Below, piece after piece: positions 37,579-48,326 of a DNA stretch of 64,000 nt. The translations under genes were made by a program, and so were the position numbers. The first letter of the stretch is position 1; each line of letters opens with the position of its first letter. Source of the DNA: a virus; IMG/VR virus record IMGVR_UViG_3300043464_001711, positions 1 through 64,000 of that record; one strand, 5' to 3'. The notes under the pieces were generated by a model. The model worked only from the letters and a program-made list of their open reading frames with translations. It was not told the origin of the DNA and searched no databases.

Positions 37579-40461
37579 TTAGAAATATTCCTTTTCAGTT
37601 TCTTCTTCCTCAAATCTATCTTTAACCATATAATCTGAAGAAATACCTCTCATTTTCCAAAAACGAATTTCTTCATCACTCATAGTCATTAATTCCTCCA
37701 AACTATCTTGGTCCCCTTCTTCTGAAGGTATTCCAGATACCAATTCTAATTCCGTTCTAGTAAAAAATTGTTTATCCGCAGGGTCTGTAATAAGTAAACT
37801 CTCTCTAATATGTGTATTAAATACAACTAATAACGGCTCTACTTTTTTATTAAAAGAATCTATATATTTTGGTACATTATACTCACCCTTCATATTAGGG
37901 TTTTTCTCCATCTCTTCTGAAGTAATCAAATAAGAATTAAAAACCAAAGTACCTTCAGGTGGATCATTTTTAGTTTTCTTAACTTGTATATCACCGTGTG
38001 ATTTTTTATTTCCGTTATTTACGTAATAAACTTGATCCCCTAATTGTGGATCTAAACCTTCTTTAATTAAAAGTTCCATGTGTGCTTGTCTAGCCAAATC
38101 CTTACCATTCTTATCAGTACCTCTATTTAGATACTGTTTAATAGTCTTTTTAACTTTAGCTTTATTCGCTATATCTGCTAATGGTATATCTTTATTATAA
38201 ATCTTTTCAAGGTATTCATTATAATAATCAACAAATTCTTTACCCTTACCATCTAATAACATTTTAATACCGTTATTCAAAAAAGTTTTAATGTATTTTT
38301 GAATCATTTTACCTTTAATAGTATTACCTGTTAATTTAATTTTACCATTTGGTTTTAAGGTTGCATAGTTTTTACGAGATAAATTAATTGTTGCTGGCCA
38401 AACCTCATCAATATCAAGACCCATTGCTTCATACATATATCGGTCATTATACTCCATTACATCGGCCTCAATACCTTTATATTCTTTACCCTTCTCAACA
38501 AATCTATGATAACCTCTACCAATGTAAGTATGGTTCTCAACCTCTTCATCATATGAGAAGTTTACACCATCTGTATCTAATACCAAAGGTTCGTACCCTC
38601 TTTCCATAAAAAATCTAATCATATGTCTAAGATATTGTCTACCAGTACAAGTAATAGTCTCACCAATATCAATATCACCCCAAGGAAAAATATAAGGAGC
38701 CGAAATAGAACCAAAAGCGGAGTTATTGAAAATTTTAATCGGTAATTGTTTTTTATCAAATTTACCGGCTAACTTTTCATCACCCTCTTCTTTATATTTG
38801 TTAGCCAAATATTTGTACTCATTACGTGTATCCAAAAGATATTTTAACATCGCTCTTAAGGCACCTGAAACATCTACTTCAGGGAAAACTTCATGTGTTA
38901 ATTGTATAGAAGGGTAAAGTGAAGCGTAGTCAAATTTAGCGATATTTTTACTATACCCTAATTTCAAAAGACGAGATAATCCTCCCACAAAATCTCTTTT
39001 TGGTGATACGTCTGGTAAAGCTAAATTGTTTTCGTAAGACCATGCCATCATAAGTGTCTTCCACATTGTAGCTGTACCCATCGTAATAGACCTAATAAAG
39101 TTTGTTGGTACCAAAGCAGATGTTAAAAATCCTGCCTGAGCATAAATGTCGTCAACCTGTTCAGTTTCCCAAAGGTCATCATGAAGATATTCTTTAATTA
39201 AAAATTGTCCGTCAACAATTTCCCAAATGTCTTCATAACCTTTTATTATTTCACCATCAATTTCTTTGGGGTTGGGTTTTTCACCATCTAATGAATACCA
39301 TTGTCCACTAGTTTTATTATAATAATATTTTTTATTTTCAGACCAAATCCTACCCAATTGGTTACCATCAACATAAACACGATTTGGTCTTTCTACTTTA
39401 GATTCTTTCGCAATATATTTCAAACCACCTTCTTGTAGATTAGAGTTCAAAGCCATGGCCTGTCTAACTCTATGGTAAGTGTCCATTACATTATAACCCC
39501 ATAATTGAGTTTGTTCGTATTCTTCAGTTTCAGCACCCAACTTCAAACTAGCCTTTTTTCTAGATGCTTTAATCATTGGATGTTTAGTTTTTATAATGTC
39601 ATCAGTACTCATACCTAAAAGTTGTGCCCGTCCAGGTATTAAAGTTTTTTTAACATCCATTTTTTTTGTTCTAGGATTTTTAAACTTTTCCTCTTCTGTT
39701 TTACCAATTAGATAAGTCCAGTCAAAGTTTTCTGAGTTATAACCTATGATTATTGTTGGTTCTAGTTCATGGATTATCTCAAAAAATTCTTTAATCATTT
39801 CCCTTTCACCTTCCTCACTATACTTACCATCTTCACCATAAGCAGTTAAAAGTTTCTGAAAACCACGATTATCTTTAACCCCAATCATAAAAGTATGACC
39901 TTCTGATGGGTCAAGACTTGTGGTCTCAATATCGAATGTTAACTTATGGACCTCAGTATAATCTTCATAACCCTTAAACAACCTTTTACCTGTTTGAATC
40001 ATAAATTGTTCTACAGGGGGTAGAATTTGTATTAATCTTCTATCTCTATCCCAAGGGTCAATCCCACCTCTTTTAAAGAAATTAACTAAATCTCTATAAG
40101 TACCATTTGATTTAACCAAAAAATTAAAGCCTTCACCTAATCTTTCGTTATCACCTGTATTTAATTTATGTGTACTTATACCGTATTTTTTGGCCTCACG
40201 TTTTATAACATCTAGGTTATCACCATAAAAACCACTACCCCGTAATGATTTGGTCCAACAAAAAGGCGTGAATTTTTGTACTTTGACTTTTTTACCCTTA
40301 TTAGGGTCATCGATAATTAAATAAACTTTGTTAGTTTCATCGATTGACCAATCATCTGTTTGGTCTAACTCAATGGAGACAATATATTTTTCAGGGTCAT
40401 GTCCTTCTAAAAATAATTTAATGTCTTCAGGAGTTGCTTGTTTAATAGCATCTTTACTCAT
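37579..40461 (-). CDS. polB: DNA polymerase, family B
   Basis: FDIET, GYNSENFD, DYASLYPS, KIFNNSAFG, LDTDG. Confidence 0.97.
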   Translation of the reverse strand: MSKDAIKQATPEDIKLFLEGHDPEKYIVSIELDQTDDWSIDETNKVYLIIDDPNKGKKVKVQKFTPFCWTKSLRGSGFYGDNLDVIKREAKKYGISTHKLNTGDNERLGEGFNFLVKSNGTYRDLVNFFKRGGIDPWDRDRRLIQILPPVEQFMIQTGKRLFKGYEDYTEVHKLTFDIETTSLDPSEGHTFMIGVKDNRGFQKLLTAYGEDGKYSEEGEREMIKEFFEIIHELEPTIIIGYNSENFDWTYLIGKTEEEKFKNPRTKKMDVKKTLIPGRAQLLGMSTDDIIKTKHPMIKASRKKASLKLGAETEEYEQTQLWGYNVMDTYHRVRQAMALNSNLQEGGLKYIAKESKVERPNRVYVDGNQLGRIWSENKKYYYNKTSGQWYSLDGEKPNPKEIDGEIIKGYEDIWEIVDGQFLIKEYLHDDLWETEQVDDIYAQAGFLTSALVPTNFIRSITMGTATMWKTLMMAWSYENNLALPDVSPKRDFVGGLSRLLKLGYSKNIAKFDYASLYPSIQLTHEVFPEVDVSGALRAMLKYLLDTRNEYKYLANKYKEEGDEKLAGKFDKKQLPIKIFNNSAFGSISAPYIFPWGDIDIGETITCTGRQYLRHMIRFFMERGYEPLVLDTDGVNFSYDEEVENHTYIGRGYHRFVEKGKEYKGIEADVMEYNDRYMYEAMGLDIDEVWPATINLSRKNYATLKPNGKIKLTGNTIKGKMIQKYIKTFLNNGIKMLLDGKGKEFVDYYNEYLEKIYNKDIPLADIANKAKVKKTIKQYLNRGTDKNGKDLARQAHMELLIKEGLDPQLGDQVYYVNNGNKKSHGDIQVKKTKNDPPEGTLVFNSYLITSEEMEKNPNMKGEYNVPKYIDSFNKKVEPLLVVFNTHIRESLLITDPADKQFFTRTELELVSGIPSEEGDQDSLEELMTMSDEEIRFWKMRGISSDYMVKDRFEEEETEKEYF

Positions 40462-40562
40462 AATATATTTTTTGATTTTTGGTACGGGATAAATCTTAAC
40501 CTCTCGTTATTATTAATAATGATTAATTATAATCACTATTATTTAAAAATTAAATAAGCCTT

Positions 40563-41573
40563 TTAGAATTCTTTCGGTAATTTAAACATTTTAGATTCTT
40601 CTTCTCTTCTTTTCTTTAACCCAGGATATTCATCAAATAGATTACTTGAAATATTTTTAATTTCTTCCTTAGCCTTTTCAAGTTCACCCCTTTTAACATA
40701 TTGTATGAAATCACTCATTCGTAAATTATTAACACCATAATTATAGGCTATTGAAGCCATAGCATTATACATACCTTGTGTTATTCTAGGTTTTATATCT
40801 TCTAGTTCCCAGTCATCTAATATTTTATTAACACCTTTTGAGGCCTTTAACATATCATCATATAATAATTTTTCAGCTTGAGCACTTGTTATTGTAGTAT
40901 GTTCTTTTTCGGGGTTATCTTTATCAAAAAGTATTATATCTTCATAATTAGGTACAAATGAATAATCACCACCAGTACTACCTTTTTTTGAGTTTGAGAA
41001 AACAGCGTGACCATAACCTGTTGTATATGCTCCATCACCTATGTCATAAAAATATAAAACAGGTTTGCCTTTTATACCTTCTTTCTTTTTTAAATGAGTA
41101 AAAAGTTCTTCACTTGGTTTTCTTATTTTTTCAACAACATCTTTTTTTATTTTTTCTGTTTTTTCTATTGGTGTTGTTTTTTCTATTTCAGAAGAAAAAT
41201 TATTGTATAAATAATTTATTTCAGATAATGAAAGTATACCGATAAAAGAATAAAAAATATATTTTACAACTCTTTTTTTAAAATTAGAGGGTAAATCTTT
41301 TATTTCTTCCAATAAAGTTTTTATGTATTTTATAACATCATCTTTTGTTTTAACCCATCTCCTAGATTTTTTTAAATCTTCTTTTACTTTTTGAGTTAAA
41401 TCCCAATGATAAGTAGGACTTGGTTCATCCTTAGTCCATTCACTTTCATCTTCATTTTCGTTGATTAATAAAAGATTATTAACAACTTTTTTTAAATAAT
41501 ATTTTGTTTCTAAAATATTATCATAGTGAATAGATTTATTAATCTCTTCTTTTATTATTAGTTTGATATCCAT
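40563..41573 (-). CDS. GH24 phage lysozyme with long N-terminal extension
   Basis: KKEG...TTGYGH...SIAYNYG...GLKKRREEE. Confidence 0.8.
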   Translation of the reverse strand: MDIKLIIKEEINKSIHYDNILETKYYLKKVVNNLLLINENEDESEWTKDEPSPTYHWDLTQKVKEDLKKSRRWVKTKDDVIKYIKTLLEEIKDLPSNFKKRVVKYIFYSFIGILSLSEINYLYNNFSSEIEKTTPIEKTEKIKKDVVEKIRKPSEELFTHLKKKEGIKGKPVLYFYDIGDGAYTTGYGHAVFSNSKKGSTGGDYSFVPNYEDIILFDKDNPEKEHTTITSAQAEKLLYDDMLKASKGVNKILDDWELEDIKPRITQGMYNAMASIAYNYGVNNLRMSDFIQYVKRGELEKAKEEIKNISSNLFDEYPGLKKRREEESKMFKLPKEF

Positions 41574-43435
41574 TACTTACTAGAATCTATTTTAGACTTT
41601 AGTTGGTTAATAAACTCCTCAGAGAATTTCTTTAAGAAAGAAACACCATCTTTCCCGAAATACATCAAACCTGATATGTTAGTGATACATTTATGACCAC
41701 CAGAATTTGATTTAATCATATCCCACCCAGTAATAGTTATTGTTTTAAGAGCCTTTATTTCTCTTTGGTTTAATTCTGAATATGGTTTATCTAACACTTT
41801 CTTTAAAGCTTTTACCCATCTATTAACAGTATAACCTTCAGGAGAACCTTTAGGTGTAGTAGTTAAGCCATTAATACCGCCAAAAAAGTTTTTACCATTT
41901 ATATCTGTTTTAGATAAAAAATTTAAAAAGTTATTTTTTAATTCAAAAAATTTATTTTTTCTTAATGTATGAACTTCTTCACTATTTTTTTCTTTACCGT
42001 ATAACAGTATCTCATTAAAATTAATGGTATACAAAATTAATTTTGTTAAAAAATTTAAATCATCATATGTTTTTTTTGTTATAACTGATTTAATTTTATT
42101 GATAGCTAAATCATAATCACCTTTTTCATAATAGTCTGAAATTACTTTATATTTTTTACTAAGTTCTTCATCTGTCGTTGTAGTAGTAAGATCTAAATAT
42201 TTTTTATTAAATAATTTAGAAATAGAGTTTTTTGTAAAATTAATTTGATCGTCTAAAGCTCTTGAAGCCCGATTAAAATTATTATCGTCTTCATAGTCTA
42301 ACATATCATTAAATGCTATATCTGAATCAGTACCATAAATAGAAAGTAAGGCGTTATAATCAAAACCAACAGAGTCTTCGGTAAAATCTTTATTTTTTTC
42401 AGCAAAATATTTTATCGTATCAAAAGTCAGTATTTTATTATACAATTCATTTTTAAACTTATCTAAAACAACATCTTTCATTTTACCTAAATCAACACCT
42501 TTTAATTCTCTATTAGCCTTAAAAGGGTTACAGGAAGCTTGTAGTAAACCTAAAGGCCATGCTATAACAAAAAAGTTAGCATCAGGATATAATTTAAAAG
42601 GTACATATCTATCATAAGAACCTGGTTTAAACATTGAACCCCCACCATATTGAGATATTATCCCATATTCCTCATCATATTCTACATTACTATTTTCAGA
42701 TTGTTTTTGAATATAATCTTCTAAATTTTGTTTCATTTCTACAGCTGAAGCATAACCCTCTTCTTTAGCTAATTTAACAATATTTAAATAAATGTTTAAA
42801 AGTGATGGGGTGGAATTTAAAACAAGTCTTTCTAAAAATTTTGGTTTATTTTTGTAGGCTAATAACAATTTATTTGTTACTAATGCCATAGCTATTTTAT
42901 TATTAACAAACTCTTTTGTTTTATCTAATTTAAAAATGTAATTCATTACATCATCAGGTGTAATACCTAATCTTGCGTAGTCAGCACTATCTACTGTAGA
43001 TATCATCATAATATCACTTGAAGGGAAAACATCTTGTGGTGATAATATTTGTGAAATAGTTTCTACATTTGAACGAGAATGTCTAAAAGATGTTGATGTA
43101 CCCTTATCAACCCCCACCTGTGAATCATGGTGGTCTGTATGTATAACAAACATTGGTTTACCATGAGCAAAGTCAACCAACACCGGCATTATATCACCAC
43201 TAGCATCAGGTTTTTTAATAGAAAATTCTTTATCTCCATATTGAATTATTTCCGCATCAACCGTTTTAATACCGTACTTTTCAAGGTAAGCTTTCATTGC
43301 TATAGCGGTGGTAACACCATCTAAATCTTGGTGAAAATAAATTTTAGCCTTTTTATATCTTTTAGCTAATTTATTTATATTTTGTATACCACTTTCTGAT
43401 ATAATTTGTTTAATAGAGTTTTCAGTAATAATCAT
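41573..43435 (-). CDS. DHH-like phosphoesterase
   Basis: HQDLDG, LVDF, TDHH, SGGH. Confidence 0.75.
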   Translation of the reverse strand: MIITENSIKQIISESGIQNINKLAKRYKKAKIYFHQDLDGVTTAIAMKAYLEKYGIKTVDAEIIQYGDKEFSIKKPDASGDIMPVLVDFAHGKPMFVIHTDHHDSQVGVDKGTSTSFRHSRSNVETISQILSPQDVFPSSDIMMISTVDSADYARLGITPDDVMNYIFKLDKTKEFVNNKIAMALVTNKLLLAYKNKPKFLERLVLNSTPSLLNIYLNIVKLAKEEGYASAVEMKQNLEDYIQKQSENSNVEYDEEYGIISQYGGGSMFKPGSYDRYVPFKLYPDANFFVIAWPLGLLQASCNPFKANRELKGVDLGKMKDVVLDKFKNELYNKILTFDTIKYFAEKNKDFTEDSVGFDYNALLSIYGTDSDIAFNDMLDYEDDNNFNRASRALDDQINFTKNSISKLFNKKYLDLTTTTTDEELSKKYKVISDYYEKGDYDLAINKIKSVITKKTYDDLNFLTKLILYTINFNEILLYGKEKNSEEVHTLRKNKFFELKNNFLNFLSKTDINGKNFFGGINGLTTTPKGSPEGYTVNRWVKALKKVLDKPYSELNQREIKALKTITITGWDMIKSNSGGHKCITNISGLMYFGKDGVSFLKKFSEEFINQLKSKIDSSK

Positions 43436-43457
43436 TTTACTTATTTTCCAATAAATA

Positions 43458-43736
43458 TCACTGATTTTGATTCAATTTAGATTTAAGTTGATTAATGTGA
43501 TGATTTAAATACCAAGAGGCCTTATTTAAATCCTCCAATTCTTTATTAGGGTCTTTTTTTCCTGCTCTTGAAATGTACTTTACCGTGTTTCCCAAAGAAA
43601 ACCCCAGTCCCCACGCATCAATAACTTTTATCGCTTCATATAAATTGTCTTCACCCCCATAATGTGTAGGATGGTTAACCTGTTCTTTTCTTGGTGGCGG
43701 TGGTGTATTTTTATAGTTCAAATCATTATTCTCCAT
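43458..43736 (-). CDS. DUF3310 (T7 gp1.7-like nucleotide kinase) protein
   Basis: VNHPTHY, GNTVKYISRAGKK, EDLNKA.WYL. Confidence 0.9.
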   Translation of the reverse strand: MENNDLNYKNTPPPPRKEQVNHPTHYGGEDNLYEAIKVIDAWGLGFSLGNTVKYISRAGKKDPNKELEDLNKASWYLNHHINQLKSKLNQNQ

Positions 43737-43740
43737 TACT

Positions 43741-43770
43741 TTTGTTTTTAATTAAAAATACTTATATTTG
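43741..43770 (+). promoter_or_regulatory. Bacteroidota-type promoter
   Basis: TTTG-N18-TATATTTG, about 20 nt before the ATG at 43790. Confidence 0.7.
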
Positions 43771-43789
43771 TGGTAATAAAAAAGAGTGT

Positions 43790-44398
43790 ATGAAACTAGA
43801 AAAAAATAAAAAATTAAATATCCTTGAAAAAATATCTCTTTGGTGGAGATTTGAGGGTAGGTATTACCATAGAGATTTTAAAAATGGTATTAAAAACCTT
43901 TGGAAGTGGTTTCCTGTTATATGGAAAGACCGTGACTGGGATGACCATTATATTTTTGAAGTTTTAAAGTTTAAACTTAATAAACAGGCAGATTATACTG
44001 GTGGTAGAGGGAATCACGTTAGTGCTAAAAGAGATGCTGAAATTATGCGTCTTGTTACTAAATTAATTAAATTACAACAAGATGAATTCTACGGTATGGA
44101 ATATATGGATTACCATAACACTGATTATGACTTTGTTCCAACTGACTATAAAATTGATGGTAAAAAGTGTTTTGAAATGAAATCAACCCTAGTTAGTGAA
44201 GATTTTGATTCTTACTTTAAAAAATACCCAAGACAATACAAAAGAGTTTTGTCTGGTGATATTAGTAGATACAAAAAACCTATAGAAAAATTGACAAAAG
44301 AATTAATTGCGATGGAAATTGCACACGAAAACCAAGACAGATGTAACAAACTTATCTTTAAACTTCTTGAGGGGAATATTCAAAAATGGTGGAATTAA
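43790..44398 (+). CDS. Conserved hypothetical phage protein (start moved to 43790)
   Basis: KNLWKWFPVIWKDRDWD...KWWN. Confidence 0.7.
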   Translation: MKLEKNKKLNILEKISLWWRFEGRYYHRDFKNGIKNLWKWFPVIWKDRDWDDHYIFEVLKFKLNKQADYTGGRGNHVSAKRDAEIMRLVTKLIKLQQDEFYGMEYMDYHNTDYDFVPTDYKIDGKKCFEMKSTLVSEDFDSYFKKYPRQYKRVLSGDISRYKKPIEKLTKELIAMEIAHENQDRCNKLIFKLLEGNIQKWWN

Positions 44399-46218
44399 AA
44401 ATACCCCCGTATAAATTGGTTAAATAAATCTTCTTCTATATTCATAGACACATGTTCATCACCGATTACAGTGTCTATGATTTTTCTTTTCTTTTCCAAA
44501 ATATTAAACATCATCTCATCTATTGTACCGACGGCTATTGGATAATATACATTTGTTGTCGACTGACTACCTATTCTATGTGCTCTATCTTCAGCCTGTG
44601 CATGGTTAGCTGGTACAAAATCTAAATCATTCATAATAACAACTTCCGCTTCTGTGAGTGTAATTGCTGTACCTGCTGAAACTAAATTACCAACAAAAAC
44701 CATAATATTTTTGTTACTTTGGAATTGGTCTACCGAATTTTGTTTTTGTGTGCTATTCATTTTACCATTATGACCTACAGCAATTTTACCAAAATGGTTC
44801 ATTAAAGCATCAAATGAGTGTGTGAAATTGGTAAATATTATAACTTTCTGACCATTCTCTATTGCTTGTTCAGCTAATTCAATCGTTTGTTTTGTTTTTT
44901 CTAAAGCCAAATATTTTCTAAGAACAACTAACTCAACCATATGTCTACCAGCACCCAATCTTTTACCTTCAGATTTTGCCCATTCTAAATATTCTTCAAA
45001 AACATTGCCATACTCTTTCATATCATCTATCTCAATGTAGTAAGGAGCTACTATTTTTGGTGGTAAATTTAGGTGGTCTTCTTTTTTTCTTCTTAGTATT
45101 AGATTTTTAGTCCTTTCATGTAACTCTTCTAGGTTAGAAGCACCATCAGTCAACCAAATATCTTTATATGTACCGTTTTTTAATTTTTTCTTAAACTTTT
45201 TACCATCACAATATCTAAAAGCGTATTGTTTCCAACTAGCCGTAACAGGTGAATCACATATCTTTAATAAATTAAAAAAGTCCATGGGTCTGTTAGCTAA
45301 AGGAGTACCCGTTAACAACCATCTTCTTTTTATGTTTTTACTTATTTGATTTATTATTTTAGCTCTGTTACTTGACGGGTTTTTAACCATATGTGCCTCA
45401 TCTAATATGATTAACTCAAAACCCTCGTTATCTAGATGTCTATATATTTCATGTTCTTTATATACTTTTCTACCATCTATTATGGTATGAAAATTTTTCA
45501 ATATATCATAATTTATTATAGTATATTTTTTGGGATTCCAATGACCAGATTTAATAATAGAGATGTCTTCTTCTGGTATATAGGCATTTATCTCCCTAAA
45601 CCAATTTATTTTTGCGTTAGCCGGACAAACGATTAATATTTTTTCTGAACCAGATTCTATTGAAGCTATGGTTGACATTAAAGTTTTACCTAAACCCATG
45701 TCATCACCCAAAACCCTATTATTTTTAGATAAAAGAAATTTTATCCCCTCCTCCTGATGTGGGAAAACTCTCCAACCACGTTTATCCATTTTAGCATACT
45801 TTTCGAAGTCAACGTCAACCTCTTTTTCAATATCATAAAGATTTTCGGATACTTGTGTTTTGGGTACATAAAAAAGTGGTGAGTATTTTTGATTTTTAAA
45901 TACTTTCCCTTTTACGTGATAACTTTTTTCAGTTTCACCTAAAACAGTCTCAACTAAAATTTTTTCAGGAATATGATTTAAATCAAATTTTTCTTGTAAT
46001 TGTTTACCTAAAAAATCGGTTATAGTAATAACCTTATTAACTTCCAAAGGTTCCCTATCAAAATTAATATCAACGTATTCAGCTAAACTGGGTGATATTG
46101 GAAAAGGACCTTCTTTTTCCAATCTTTTCTTTAAAGAAATTAAGTACTCATTTGTACCCTCATATTCCTCTAATTTAAGTAAAGCTTTTCTATTTTTTAG
46201 ACTATTGATATCGAGCAT
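44395..46218 (-). CDS. SNF2-family (SMARCAL1/HARP-like) helicase
   Basis: DDMGLGKT, LDEAH, LTGTP, QAEDRAHRIG. Confidence 0.95.
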   Translation of the reverse strand: MLDINSLKNRKALLKLEEYEGTNEYLISLKKRLEKEGPFPISPSLAEYVDINFDREPLEVNKVITITDFLGKQLQEKFDLNHIPEKILVETVLGETEKSYHVKGKVFKNQKYSPLFYVPKTQVSENLYDIEKEVDVDFEKYAKMDKRGWRVFPHQEEGIKFLLSKNNRVLGDDMGLGKTLMSTIASIESGSEKILIVCPANAKINWFREINAYIPEEDISIIKSGHWNPKKYTIINYDILKNFHTIIDGRKVYKEHEIYRHLDNEGFELIILDEAHMVKNPSSNRAKIINQISKNIKRRWLLTGTPLANRPMDFFNLLKICDSPVTASWKQYAFRYCDGKKFKKKLKNGTYKDIWLTDGASNLEELHERTKNLILRRKKEDHLNLPPKIVAPYYIEIDDMKEYGNVFEEYLEWAKSEGKRLGAGRHMVELVVLRKYLALEKTKQTIELAEQAIENGQKVIIFTNFTHSFDALMNHFGKIAVGHNGKMNSTQKQNSVDQFQSNKNIMVFVGNLVSAGTAITLTEAEVVIMNDLDFVPANHAQAEDRAHRIGSQSTTNVYYPIAVGTIDEMMFNILEKKRKIIDTVIGDEHVSMNIEEDLFNQFIRGYF

Positions 46219-46294
46219 AGATAAATAAATATAAAAAGAATTAAAAAAAAATAAACTAAATGGGATGAGTAAATATTTATAGATAAAACTTTAT

Positions 46295-46813
46295 ATGGCA
46301 ACTAATAAAAGACCCATAAATCGCTTGCATAAATTTTATGATAACACAGACTTCAATTTAGAAAATGAAATGTCTCGTGAATTTATTGAGGGTGATTTAA
46401 ATTTTACTGTTGTCCTATTTAAAGTGGATAGGATAAAGAGTCAAACTGATGATGTTTATGGTGAAGCAAGTGCTAATGAAATAATATTTTACCCACCAAA
46501 AGAATTAAAAGTTAGACCTCTTTTAAATGAACCAGAGTCTAAAACTTATTCTGAGGGTTATGGTAGATACCAAGACTATGGTAACTTTAATTTCACTGTT
46601 TTTGTAGACCATCTTAATGAATTGAATACTGATATTGATTATGGTGATTACATTGGTTATCCGGATTTTGAGGATAATATAAAATATTTTACCGTAGTAG
46701 ATGATGGTAAAATATTTTCAGACAATGCACATACAAGACTTGGTTATAAAGGGTATTATAGAACAATTAAATGTGTAGTTGCTGATACAAATGAATTTAA
46801 CCCTAATTATTAA
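46295..46813 (+). CDS. Putative neck/head-closure protein (gp14-like)
   Basis: DDVYGEA motif; late motif; position before the tail terminator gene. Confidence 0.55.
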   Translation: MATNKRPINRLHKFYDNTDFNLENEMSREFIEGDLNFTVVLFKVDRIKSQTDDVYGEASANEIIFYPPKELKVRPLLNEPESKTYSEGYGRYQDYGNFNFTVFVDHLNELNTDIDYGDYIGYPDFEDNIKYFTVVDDGKIFSDNAHTRLGYKGYYRTIKCVVADTNEFNPNY

Positions 46814-46820
46814 AGAATAA

Positions 46821-47861
46821 ATGGCTTTACCAAAAAAGAGAAAAACTAATATCCAAATAAAGAGTATTGACCCCCAAGGAGGTCCTGCTCATTGGGTTGA
46901 CCAATTTATAGATAAAAACAAACAATTTCTGCCTAGGTCAGTTGATTTAACTGATTTAGACGAAGGTTTTGTAGAATTTGTTAAAGCTGATTTAGGTGTT
47001 GTAATTGAGGGTGAAAAAGTACCTGTTAATTTTTTAACATTACAAAGGTGGAATGAATTTGCTAAAACTTGGCAAAATACAGATAAATATAAAAACTTAA
47101 AAATACCTTTTATATCAGTAGTTAGAAGACCTAACCCTGAAACTGGTACAAATCCAGCTGATTTTAAAATACCTGTAAGAAAAAAATTTCCATATATGCA
47201 AATACCAATATGGGATGGTAATCGTAAAGGAATGGATATCTATAGTATACCTAATCCTGTTGGTGTAGACATGGTTTATACTGTACGTCTTTTTAGTTAT
47301 AAAATGCGTGAGTTAAATAAGTTACACCAAAAAGTATTACAAACATTCGCGTCGGCTCAGGCATATGTTAATATTAAAGGTCATTATTTCCCTATTTTAT
47401 TAGAGAGTATGGGTGATGAAAGTCAAATAGATGATTTAGAAGGTAAAAGATTTTATGTCCAAACATACGAAATGAAACTACAAGGTTATATTGTTGATAG
47501 TGAAGAATTTGATGTTAAACCAGCTGTCACTAGAGCTTTTGTTTCTTTTGAGGTTGGGGACAAAAAACCTAAACCAATCTTTAAAATTATTAAAGATGAG
47601 ACAGAGAATGATAAAACTTTAAAAGTAATTGTTCAATTCTTACCCGGTTCTTTCACTGAAATCACGTTGAGTTTGGATTCATCGTCACAAATAACTTCTA
47701 TTCAACCAGAAAATGTTATAACATACACAATATTAAAAAACGGTTCCCCTGTTACGTTGCCTTTCACAGCAAACGAAAACGATTCCATATTTATTAGTAT
47801 CGTTAAAGATGATACTACAAAATTTAGTGAAATAATACTTAGAGGATTAGTGATAGTATAA
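46821..47861 (+). CDS. Putative tail terminator/sheath stabiliser (gp15-like)
   Basis: IPFISVVR...P..VDMVYTV...MRELN...YEMKLQGYI. Confidence 0.55.
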   Translation: MALPKKRKTNIQIKSIDPQGGPAHWVDQFIDKNKQFLPRSVDLTDLDEGFVEFVKADLGVVIEGEKVPVNFLTLQRWNEFAKTWQNTDKYKNLKIPFISVVRRPNPETGTNPADFKIPVRKKFPYMQIPIWDGNRKGMDIYSIPNPVGVDMVYTVRLFSYKMRELNKLHQKVLQTFASAQAYVNIKGHYFPILLESMGDESQIDDLEGKRFYVQTYEMKLQGYIVDSEEFDVKPAVTRAFVSFEVGDKKPKPIFKIIKDETENDKTLKVIVQFLPGSFTEITLSLDSSSQITSIQPENVITYTILKNGSPVTLPFTANENDSIFISIVKDDTTKFSEIILRGLVIV

Positions 47862-48295
47862 TGGGTGGAAACGGATGTAATTCTGAAATAGTAAAATACT
47901 ATGTAGTACAACCACCTAGTGGTGGTGGTGGTTTTACAGGGACTACTGGTGATTTTACCATAGGTGGTGATTTATATGTTTGTACAACAGGATCAACAAT
48001 TTATACCAATTCTATAGATCCTTGTGATACAGGTGTAACAATCTCAAACATAATAACAATTAATACTAATGGTACTATTATACCAACAAGTGATAATTTT
48101 GTTGATTTAGGGTCACCAATAAACAGATTCAGAGATATAAATACAGTTAGTGGGACATCCACTGTATGGACATCAACAAATCAAGTAATAACACCAAATT
48201 TAAATCTAGGTTTAGATGGATTAGGTGAACAAAGAACAATAAACGCTAATAACTCTATCATACAAGATGATACATTATTAGGTGGAAGTTATTGA
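47861..48295 (+). CDS. Small tail-fibre-associated protein
   Basis: DLGSPINRF; C-terminal DTLLGGSY resembles the next gene's DTLDGGSY. Confidence 0.55.
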   Translation: MGGNGCNSEIVKYYVVQPPSGGGGFTGTTGDFTIGGDLYVCTTGSTIYTNSIDPCDTGVTISNIITINTNGTIIPTSDNFVDLGSPINRFRDINTVSGTSTVWTSTNQVITPNLNLGLDGLGEQRTINANNSIIQDDTLLGGSY

Positions 48296-48326
48296 CAATA
48301 ACAAATATTTATAAAATAAAAAAAAA

